The position numbers were made by a program, and so were the translations under genes. The notes beneath the pieces are model-generated. The model ran no database searches, was not told the DNA's origin, and saw only the letters and a program-made list of their open reading frames with translations. 64,000 bases of DNA from positions 62,001-126,000 of the forward strand of contig JAHLWZ010000805.1 in the NCBI GenBank assembly GCA_020536535.1, written 5' to 3'. Shown here piece after piece: positions 1 through 10,640 of the stretch (positions are counted from its first letter, which is position 1; each line of letters opens with the position of its first letter). Origin of the DNA: Pelomyxa schiedti. Taxonomy: Eukaryota > Protista > Evosea.

Positions 1-1937
1 AACCACACGGGTCCACATGCCTCCTAAAAGGGCTCCTCCTGTGGACTGCCTTCCTGCAAGGAGACCACCATCAGGTCCACGTGTGAGAGTTCTTGTAGCG
101 AACAACTGAAATCCTGGTTGTGCCTCACACATCTAACATAGTTTAGGGATCAACATCTTGTAGAGCAGAGAAACCTCGCCTCTCCCAGGTATAAAAAGCC
201 ACCGAGTTTCTAAAATTGGCAGCAAAACAGACTGGACGTCATGTGGAGCGAGATCTGACAAAACTTTTAGTAGTCTATAATAGAAACAATGGTAGAACTC
301 ACCAATATCTTCAATCAGTATCCACATACCCTCTTGAACAGCCTATTCATGTCAGCCAAAGTTAGATGGGTACTTCCAGACCTGTGTAAGGGGACCAGGT
401 TGCCATTTAAATTCACTTGGTATATCGGTTGCAATGTAACTTCCTAGAAGGGTTTTGGCATCAGCTTGGTCACCCAGGTGAACTTTTATCATATCTGCAC
501 ATGAGAGAAAACAAGTAAGCTCGTGTCTTGGGGCAATGCCAAACCATTGTTTCCTGTTAAGGCAGCCATAAATTCTACTAGGGATGTTTTCCCTGCACCA
601 GTTGGGCCTTCCAGCAGGACTGGTGACCCTTGGCTGATTGCAAGTGCAAGTGCGTGTAGGTTGCTCATTGTTGTTTGAGTTGAAACAAACTTTGGCTGAG
701 TACTTTCAGAGCTGAGTTTTGTTCTAGATTTGGTTGGAAGAAGGACTCCACAAACTTCTGTCAACTGACTCACAAGATCTTCTGTCCCAGCACACCAAGT
801 ATGACAACAGGGTGAACATTCCACCATTGTGGACAAGGGTGTAAGTTTGTCACTCATTGAAGTTACTGCTGAGTGTGCCTGGCACAAAACAGTTCCACAA
901 AGCTGACTGCTCTCTGACGTGAATGGTAATGCTCTGTCCAATGCTTTCTGTTCTGTTCCCAGGACATAGTTGCATGTCTCCAATGGGGTTTGAATGGGGG
1001 TGTGCATTGACCAAGAGTGGCACAAAATGTTGTTGCACAAGGATTGAATTTGAGGTGAAGCAGAAAGTGAGAGCAAGTGACACAAACGCTGGTAATTTGG
1101 AATACTGGTGAGAAACATGGGATTCCCAAGATCAATAAAACGCAGAATGAATGTTAATTGTCTGATAAGGGTTTGCTCCTGCTTGTACGTAAGTTCTATG
1201 GTGGAATTTCGGTACTGTACATCAGCATTGTCTGTGATACTGATTGGAAACTGATGAAGAAACGCCAATGCCAAACTACAAAGGGAGGAAGGGGAAAAAA
1301 AAAAAACGTAAACAGAGCTTTTGCTTGTATGTTGACGAAGTACTTGGTTAAATGAGGTGACAAATACAACAAATGACTCAACATGTCATATACATCGTCG
1401 TTTGTGAGACTTGAAGGGGAGCTATTTCCAACAAGTTTCTGGGAGAGATATTAATTTAGTTCGTGTAAACGACAGTGTACCTGGTGAATGTGTAGCACCC
1501 TCATAGCTAAGTCCAAATGTAATGGTCGGGTAGACCGAGCCACATGTAGGGTGAATTTTGGATTTGCAAGGTGTTGTGCCAGTTCGTTTAAAACCTGGAT
1601 GGATATCACAAAATAACTACATGAGGGGAAAAAAAAAAAGTCAACAAGTGAAAACCTGTTGCCTATCAGCAGCAGTCCAATCTCTGGTCTAGAGGGCATT
1701 AATTAAATAATTTTTTTAAAAAGTCATCAACGAAAATAGGGGAAAAAAACCCAAAAATCAAAAACATACCCCCGAAATAAGAGACCGAGAGTATGTGTCC
1801 ACGGGTACGCCTTTTTCTATCAAGTTGGACAGAGTTTTCTTCAAATCAACCCTCAATGGCAACCACCACGAGCCACCCGTAGCATCTGGATTATGGGAGC
1901 AATCTGCTGTAGACTTCGTGGCACTCGCGGCACTCAT
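1..1937 (-). CDS. MDN1: Midasin (Rea1) AAA+ ATPase, 5' part; runs off the window start; multi-intron
   Basis: Spliced exons give ...AISQGSPVLLEGPTGAGKTSLVEFMAALTGN..DMIKVHLGDQADAKTLLGSYIATDIPSEFKWQPGPLTQ|AVQEGMWILIEDI|DLAPHDVQSVLLPILETRWLFIPGRGE, the characteristic first AAA module of midasin. Likely ATG at 1937 (MSAASATKS...). Confidence 0.9.
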
Positions 1938-2228
1938 CGCCTCCCGGTAGCGTACGGCGAGAATTAATGTTTTGTTCCTTATTTGCCGAGGAGGGGCAGT
2001 TGCTTCTCGGCAAGAAATTGCAGATCTGCTCCGAATTCCGAATGAAACGGTTTCCTTCGGCTTTGCTGAGATTCAAGGATTCTGACAGTCAACTGGAATC
2101 ATTCCGCCTCCAAACTTGGGAGTGGCAACGAGCCACAAAACTAGCGCTCATCTTAGACAATAATCCCCCTTCCTTCTCCAGCGAGGGTGGAACAACAGCA
2201 AGGAAAACAAAACAACAAAATAAAAACG

Positions 2229-3239
2229 ATGGGGTGCGGAAAGAGCAAGCCGCTGGAGCAACGAGTAATGATGGTTGGGTGAGCAACAAAACGAAGAAAA
2301 AATATTCTCTCACAACGACCATCAATCACACGCAGTCCCTAAACGGCGCCACACTCAGTCAATAGGGACCCCACTCTTTATCAAACTTCTCTCTTTCTTG
2401 TTTGCGTTTTTTTGCATTGCCTCTGACAACAGCCATCAAATTTTCAACGAAACTAAGTTAACTAGGCTTGACTCTGCTGGTAAGACAACTGTACTTCATA
2501 GATTGCACAAGTGTGACCATTTTCACACTTAGAACGAAATGTCCTTCTAAAACTTCTTTTGCACAGAGGGGAGAGGGTGGACACAGAACCAACACTTGGA
2601 TTTGTACCTACCCCTAACAGACACTTCAAAATTAACTTGTAATATTAGAACGTGGAAGTAATTGAACACACTGGTGCCAAGGTTTCTCCTTTGATTGCTT
2701 TTTTCCACCCTCCTAACCTGAGGATCTTACAGCTCACGATATGGGATCTTGGTGGTCAAGAAAAAGTATACTTTGTTAATTGACGTTATTTAATTAATTA
2801 TTATATTATATCATTGCTACGAAAATGCCAAATTGACATAATTAATTATGCCATCGCGATACTAATTTTCTTCACTTTTGCAATTAAACCAAACCCGTAG
2901 ATCCGGCCCTGCTGGCGAGAGTACTTTATGCTGGCCAACGGTGTCATATTCGTAGTCGACGCATCCGAGCCGTCTAGGTTCAAAGAAGCCACCAACGAGC
3001 TCACCAAGATCATGCAGGCGCCGTCACTCAAGACCGCACCTCTGCTGGTCTTCGCCAACAAGCAGGACAACCCTGGGGCCGTTACGGCCGACCAGCTGCG
3101 CACAGATCTGGGCCTGGACGACCTGGCAACTGGCAGGCCATATTTGGTGCAGCAGGCAAATGCGAGGGATGGTGTGGGATTATGGGAGGGCATGGAGTGG
3201 CTCATTGATAGACTTAAAGATGCCCAGGCGAAGTCTTGA
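2229..3239 (+). CDS. ARF/ARL-family small GTPase, multi-exon
   Basis: MGCGKSKPLEQRVMMVG|LDSAGKTTVLHRLH..EPTLGF|NVEVI..|LTIWDLGGQEK|IRPCWREYF..GVIFVVDAS..PLLVFANKQD..GLWEGMEWL; Gly2 myristoylation site plus Cys3. Confidence 0.9.
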
Positions 3240-3512
3240 GATCCCTGGCCAGGGCAATAAGTAGCAATCCTCATTTCCATGTATCAAACAAACAACCCAA
3301 CAAAACAAACTTAAATTGTATGGAAAGAAAAAACAAGTTTGTCTAACATCAATTCGTCTCAACACGGCTCCTTTCTTGCTTTTCTTCCTCTCCGCGACTT
3401 GATAGAAGAAAAACAATTGCTTTCTCAGTGTATATATTTAGCTCCTCAGAGATCCGATGATTTGTCTTTCCAGAAAAGAAAGGCAAAATCAAGAAAAAAT
3501 CATAACCCCAAC

Positions 3513-4815
3513 ATGACGCTCGACCCGGACCAGTACCATTAGTGCGTGTTCTGCGTCTTCTGTGTTGTCATTTCATTCCTATACTTTTCTATTACTGATG
3601 CACGTGTTTTTACTCTTGAAGCAAGTTGTTGATATTAGGTATGCTGTTGTTTTTCTTTTTTCCCCCTCCTTGTACGATTGCTTATTGCTGTACGTTTATG
3701 AAGGTGATTCGGGTGTAGGAAAAAGTATACTTCTTTCACTCTTTTGCATTTAACACACACTCCACTTGTGGAACTATTTCCTTAACTCACGTTATTTGTG
3801 CTGTTGAAGCTAGTTTGATGTTTAAAGTGGTGGTAAGCATGCATCCATCCCAATTTTTCACCTGGAAACATTTTGTGGTAGGATAATAATTTTTTTGAGG
3901 AGCCTCCAGAATTAGCCGGTGTGTCATTTCTTTGTGTTGCAATTTCCCTCATTTTCCCCCAAAAAGGAGTCGACTTTGTATTATCCCAGAAGTCGAATTT
4001 ATTCCACCTTACTAAACATTTAGAAAACGAAAGATGTAACTGTTGGTGCAGACTTAGTGCGACTTGATATAGTTTGCATATTCCTTAAACAACTTTTTTC
4101 CTTTGTAATGCCACCTTAGTGGGATACTGCCGGACAAGAGAGATTTAGAACTATTACAAGCTCTTGTATTATCACCAATTTTCTTAATAACTTTAACTCA
4201 TTTAAGATTACAAAAACGCTCATGGAGTGATTGTTATGTAGTGAGTCACCCTCTTTCTTTTCTGGGAGAGGGTGGAAGAAAGCAAAACACCACAATTACG
4301 CATTACACTCAAACTGATTAGTGTGTTAGTGATGCGACAGATCAACAGTCCTTTGAGAATGTCAAGCAATGGGCTACTGACATACACCATTACGCCAGTG
4401 AGGCTGTAAAAATTCTTGTAGCAAATAAGGTTGAAAGGCTTTTACCCACACTTGTAATTGACAGTAGCGCAGTCTGATTTAACCCCAGTTGTTGATAAAG
4501 CCGTAGCTCAGCAATTTGCAGATGATTGGAGTTACATGTCTTTCATGTGTGTCCTGCCTCTAAGCCTTGAGGCTTTCTAACTCACAAGGCAGGGAAATAA
4601 GCTGTAAGACTGGAGCAAACGTTAATGAGGTACTCAACAGTGTAGCTTCCAATATACATTCCAAGTACTTAGATACCTCCACTTGTTTCCAACGCTAATT
4701 GTTTCCAAGGTGGGGAAACAAGCCACCTTCGGAGTCACCCAAAGACACCATCAAGCTTGATGGAAAGGACAAGAAGAAAAAAGACAAGAATGGCGGTGGC
4801 GGTTGTTGTAACTGA
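3513..4815 (+). CDS. Rab-family GTPase (Rab1-like core) built from many micro-exons
   Basis: Exons join to [79 protein letters not shown]-stop (CCX prenylation motif). Confidence 0.9.
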
Positions 4816-4889
4816 ATAAAAACAAACCTTGTAAAAAAGTCTCTGTCAATTAAACTTGTTGGGATTGGGGGATAAAATCCCTGATAGTA

Positions 4890-7363
4890 TTAATTCGTTG
4901 ACTTTTTGGCCTTCTTGCCCTTCTTCTTCTTGGATTGTGTTGGCGCTGCAGGTGTTGCTCCTTTGGGTTCTGTAGTTGCTTCTTTCGTGACTGCGGGTGA
5001 TGTGGCTACCGGCTTTGTGGTGGCTTCCACAGGCTTGGGTGCTGGCGTAGTGGTTGTAGTGGACTCTGGTTTGGGTTTTGGTACTGTTGGTGTTGCCTGT
5101 GGTGGCGTTGCTGTTGTCACTGGGGTTGCGGTAGGTGCTGGTGTTGCAGGTGAAGGAGCTGGATTAGGCTTGGGTGCGGTGATTGTTTCTGGTTGTGCGG
5201 CTGGCTTGGGGCTTTCGGAAGTCTGCTCTGCTGGGTTAGGTGTGTTTGCGGACTTCTTCTTTGGCTTCTTTTTTTTGCCACTGAATTGGAAATATTAGCG
5301 AAACGACTAATAATTGGAAGCCAAACCCTGTTGGAGGCAACTGAGCAGGTTCTTTGGTTGTCTCGGAAGATTTCACTACACTGGCGGGTTCGGGTACAGC
5401 TTTTTCAACATGGGTGGCACTTGGGGCCGACGAGGGAGTTGGAGTAGTGGGAGTGGGTTTAGTTTCTGCCAGTGGTCTATGGATAATAAATTTGGGTGCA
5501 TTTGTAAAACTCGAACCTTGGGTCCACTTTCTGATTTTCCTCACTTTTTCTTGGTTCCTCTATGCCTTGCTCCTCACTTCTTTTACGTTGCTGGGCAAAC
5601 TCGTCACGTGGCCTGTAAGCATACCATTAAACAAATCATTCATAAGTAACATTACATACTTGCCAGATCCAAACAAGTTGACCTGACTGCGTTTAGTGGT
5701 GGATGCCTCTGGAACAGCAGGAGAGGGTGGTGCTTCTGTGGAAGTAGTAGATGAGACACCGGCACTGCGCTTGTATCTGAAATATTGATTAGCCAGGTAT
5801 TTCATTTCTACATCCTTCACCGTTCACGCTGGAAGTTTTGTGCCTTTTCAGACATATAATTTGGATCCTCAATTTCTTTCTTTGGTGCACTGTTTGATTC
5901 TTATTATTATTTTTACTGTTACAAGTCACAAAAACCTTGCCGCATTGTCAACTGCATTGTTTACGGCAGTGTTTACTTGACATTTATTAGAGACTAGTCA
6001 CTGACTATTTGGACAAGTAAACCTGGATTTGGACTTGTTTTGTTAAACACAGTCTCTGAGGGTGGGGGCAGGCTTGTTGCTTCGTCTCGGAATTGCCGGT
6101 TCCTGAATTAGATTTATTGCACAGAAGGTTAGTGAATTAAGCTACCTTCCCCACTCGTTATTGCCGAATCTGGGTTGAGAGTCAAAAGAACGTGGGGGAA
6201 AACCTCTACCAGTGCCATATGCTCGACCAGAATTATAATTATCTCCTTGGTTTAGTGTACTTCTACAAAAAGTAGTACTTACTTCTTGGAGGATCAGCCA
6301 CATCCACAGACAAGGTTCTACCTCCAAGGTTCTTTTAAGCCAAAGCATAAGCAGACAAAGCCAAAAAGGGCAGCATACACACCTGTCCATTCTTTTCCAA
6401 GGCTTTTTGGAGAGATTCTAAATCATCAAATTGAACATAGCCAAACCCCTTGGACTTCCCATCACGCTTAACCAAGAGGGCACTGCGAACCTGGCGCATT
6501 TAAGAAAAGAGAAAATGAAGATGAAAATGAAAATGAAGCTGAAGCTGAAGCTGAAGCTTACCTTGCAATCTCCCCGGAAAACATCTTCCAAATCAACATC
6601 TTCAAAATCATTGAAAGGTAGGTTTCCAACAAAGGCTCGATATGGAGGATTGGTTGGCAAAGGATTTCTAAAAATGTTAGAAAGTAGTTTTACTCCAGAG
6701 GATACTTTTCTCGAGGGGGTCTCGGCTCTCTTGGCTCTCTGTACGAGTCACCAGATCTAAAAGATTCACCACCATTACGATAACCACCCCTACGTGAGTC
6801 TCCATATTGTCGGGAGTCGGGTCCTCTTGGATCTCTGCCCATTTCATAATTCCTGTTCCTGAAGTCAGGCTGAGGTCTATCCTCTGGTTCACTCCTTGGT
6901 GGCATTGTGGCAACTGGAGGTGGTGGGTTATGCACCTCTGGTACTTGGGGCCTTAAGAATGTAAATTATTGAGGAATACTTCTAAATAAAAAATATTACG
7001 GTGGGGCTGGAGGCTCGTTTCGTTTAGCCTGAGAAAGGTAAGAAAGGTTACAAAGTAACGAGTGAGAGTCGACCTTGGACTTATGACCAAGCTGGGGGAA
7101 AGCTGATGTGTCAAGTCCTTGAAGAATCTGAGCCCAACAACAACCAAAAAAAAACATGAATGAGGCATACCACCAGGGCCCGATTTCGAGCCTTGAGTCT
7201 GCGCACCTCTTCCCCACGGATTCACGGCTGGCAACACGCACGATTAGGTCGGTTTTTTCCCGCAGAGAGATCCCCGCGGCGTCAACAAAAATAAAACACA
7301 AGCAATACCCGCAGCGGCCTGATCTCTCTCTACAGCATCTGCCCAAGATTGACCCGGGTCCAT
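4890..7363 (-). CDS. eIF4B-like RRM protein with Pro/Thr/Lys-rich C-terminal tail
   Basis: N-terminal MDPGQSWADAVE; RRM PPYRAFVGNLPFNDFEDVDLEDVFRG..KRDGKSKGFGYVQFDDLESLQKALEKNG; downstream NLFGSGK|PRDE resembling eIF4B 'IFGGAKPVD'; low-complexity tail ending KKAKKSTN-stop at 4890. Confidence 0.7.
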
Positions 7364-7596
7364 TTCGAAAAACGCCTGCTGTTGGTGACGCATCTCTCCC
7401 CCGCACTACCGCTGCACGGCAACAAAAGCCAAGGAAAAAATAAAAGAATGAATGGAATGCGCCTCCAATCAAGATCTGCCGCACTATCGATGTGCAATTG
7501 ATATTTTTTTTCTAAAGGATTTTGACGGGGACTAGTGTCACGTTGTGCTGTGTGAGTGGTGATTGTAGAAAATAGAATTTGGGGTATTTTTCTAAG

Positions 7597-9371
7597 TTAA
7601 GGGACAAGTGTTGGTGCAGATGCAAACATCCCAGAGAACATGAGGTAAGCAACCACAAATGTCAAGAGATAATCAAAGGTGGATCCAATTAAATAGAGCA
7701 GAACAAGGCGGCCTGATTTGAGTTGGCTGACCATTTTTGATATATCACAGCTGAGCCCAATTGCCACAAAGGCACATAGGAAAAACCATGAGCTCATCAG
7801 TTTAACAGAGTTTATTGCCCAAACGACAAGGTAGTCGTTAAACACTATTTTGCAGAGTGGTTAGGAAATAAGGGATGTATTATGTGAAGTGGTTGCGTAC
7901 TCAAAACAGGTGGCTCCACATAAGATACAAGTAAAGAAATGATCAAAAATCCCAACAGGAATTTTGGAAAGCCAACCCATAGCTTCTGAAGCAACTGTCT
8001 AATGGATATATGCACTCTGTGTTTGCTTATCAGGGGGTCTTCTTCTGTGGCATCCGTTCCATTGGGTTTCTCATCTCTACCAGTCCAAACCCAATAAACA
8101 AACACAGCTGCAGTGATAAATCCTTGATGAAGATTCAGTGAGGGAAAGTTGTTGGGGAAAAAGTCGCACCAATAAGGCTGTTTTGTATCATCTTCACTAA
8201 GCTTGCAACCTGGAGACATGGAAAGCTGATACTCTGTGAAGCTACAAGAACAGCCCATGTAGCATCGAGGGAGCCACCAAACCATGCTCCTGCCACTTGT
8301 TCTGACATGTGGACCAACTTGCAAAAACGACTTGACATTTATCAGCTAGCAAAGAGATGCGTTTTACACACGGTAAGAGAATCATCATAGGGATATTCCC
8401 AAGTGTGAGAATGGAGACAATGAGTGTCATATCAGACTTACTGGCTTTAACCACAGGGGATACAGCGATACACGCACTATTTCCGCAAACAGCAACACCT
8501 GCTGGTGTGAATAATGCATTAGACCTGACACCACATACCGCAAGACATGCACATGCTCAGATGTGGTGCAACAGGACGGAAAAAGGGAAGTCTGGATACA
8601 ATCCAAGTAAAGGAAAGAACCACTAGCGTCACGGGCCAGCTAACAACAATCCCTAAAAGTGATGAGTGCCACACCAATAGCAGTGTAATGTACCTGGCAA
8701 ACCCAACCGTAATAATGACTGAAAGTGAACGGCCATGAGAACAAGCCCACACTGATATGAATTAAAGAGGGAGCACAGGCTCTTGCAACAAGACCTTGAT
8801 AAAGAACTCTGCTTTCAGTGAAACCATTCTCAAAAAGGGTGGAAGACGATCTCCCAACAAATTAGCAATCACAATTCCGCATAGTAGTGACCACACTGTG
8901 CAATCCAGCCCAAACCTGTGTTAGGAATGGAACATAATTAACCACAACAAGGAAAATCAGTGAGAAAAATAATAAAAAAATAAAAATAAAGGAAGCGAAC
9001 GTGTAAAAGCCACTCCAAGTTCCCAATATAGCACAACAAGTAGCCAAAGTAAAAACCACCACAAGCCCAAAAGAATAAGTCCTCAGGGTCTTGGCTTCCG
9101 CGTCTTCGCCTTGGACCTTAGCGGAGACGTGCCGGGCCAACGTCAAGCTGCCGACTATGAAGCCGCCCACGCAAAGCACCCCCACCACACTTATGGGTGC
9201 CAGTAGCCACGCGCCCAGGTTCTGAAGCGTGGACCACTGCGGGGGCGTCAGCCACACCCCCTGCAGCGCACTTATGGGAGCGACGGCGGCCACCAACGTG
9301 ATCAAAGCCCACGCCGTGAGTCCAATGTAGCACGGCATCCATTCTTCAGTCAAAAGAGTCTTCCACTTCAT
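7597..9371 (-). CDS. YeiH/UPF0324 (putative sulfate exporter family) polytopic membrane protein
   Basis: Motifs TEEWMPCYIG, AEFFIK|VGLVLM, GVAVCGNSACIAV, AGAWFGGSLDATWAVLVAS, VKMIQNSLIG, FPKFLLGF, WFFLCAFVAIGL match the long-form bacterial family; intron-interrupted. Confidence 0.8.
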
Positions 9372-9457
9372 GTCTCTGGGCAACAGCGGCACAATGTGTG
9401 TCAATTTGCAATCACGCTGCGGGAATGAAATGTGCTGTTTGATTTTTTTTTCCTTGT

Positions 9458-10306
9458 TCAAAGGTGTTCATCGTACAATTGAAATTGCAACTGTTCCTGG
9501 GTTATGGGCTCAGGTGGAGGTGGAGTTGCGTGTTGTTTTGCTGAAAGAACATAGGCCTCTATGTAGTGAAGTGTCAGGACAAGTGCCCACAGGACAAGCA
9601 AAAGCAGAAGAGAGTAGAAGAACAAAAGTGGAGTTGTGGAGGTGGTCAGGAACTGGTATGGGAACCCATGGCTGTGATACATGTACCAAAGCATTACAAC
9701 GACCAAGTAGCCTATTACCAGAATGACCTATGTATAGTTAGCATTATGCTCGTGTGTTTATTGTGCAAAGAATTGGGGAGAACACCAGAGTCACAGAATC
9801 AGCAAATACAGACCCTGTTTCTGCAGTCTTATGCCAAACATAAATCCCAAACTCTGCAACCACCAAAACAGGACATAGTAGATGTTGTAAAAGGTTCTTC
9901 CATACAATCAATGAGCCACTCCAAACGCTCTCTGGATCCATCACAGTCAACCCCTGGGAAGAAGGTTCACAATGAGAAGCTAAGAGAAATAACTTTACCC
10001 AAAAAGCAATCATTATGAAAATATTGAAGGCAGTTGCCAGCCTGAGCATACTCTCCTCGACCCTCATTTCTCCCACAATTTTGTGTGGCAATATGCTCCT
10101 GCCCACTAGTACAACAACCGCCATGACATTAGCCCATGTTGTCCTTTTGGAAAAGTGACCAAATCTCACGTTGAAACCCAAGAGACACACAAAAACTGGA
10201 TCTCAATTCCATCAATTGCCAGCACGATAACCGCGCCAATTGCTCCCATCATTCTCACTATCATCCACCACTGTGCTCGACCAGTGTGAAAGCGCCAAAA
10301 CGCCAT
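9458..10306 (-). CDS. FAR-17a/AIG1/ADTRP-like membrane hydrolase
   Basis: Splicing the first intron gives EIQFLTTWAN (FLTxW, catalytic Thr position); QHLLCP (catalytic His position); GFPYQFL (YPFL-like motif); several TM helices. Confidence 0.65.
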
Positions 10307-10640
10307 TGCTTTTTAGAGAGAACAGGGAGGAAGGAGATCCAGAGGGTTTAATAAGGTTGGAGGCAAGTAGTGTCTAGAAGATGACATAATTGACAGCTAC
10401 CAAAGTGCTTTTCGCCACCTCGCTGCCAACCAATTGTGTGAATAAAATAATCACCAGACCGGAAGGCACTTAAACTACATTCGTTCAGGATCGACGGTGT
10501 TTATTTTGTGCACCCACGGTTTTTCTGTTTTGTTGTTGTGGTCCAAACCAGAAACAAAAAACCAATCATCAAAAATCCAGGGACTTGTTTTCCGCAAATT
10601 GTGGTTGGTGAAAGTTGAAGTTGCTTGCATTGCTTGCTAT

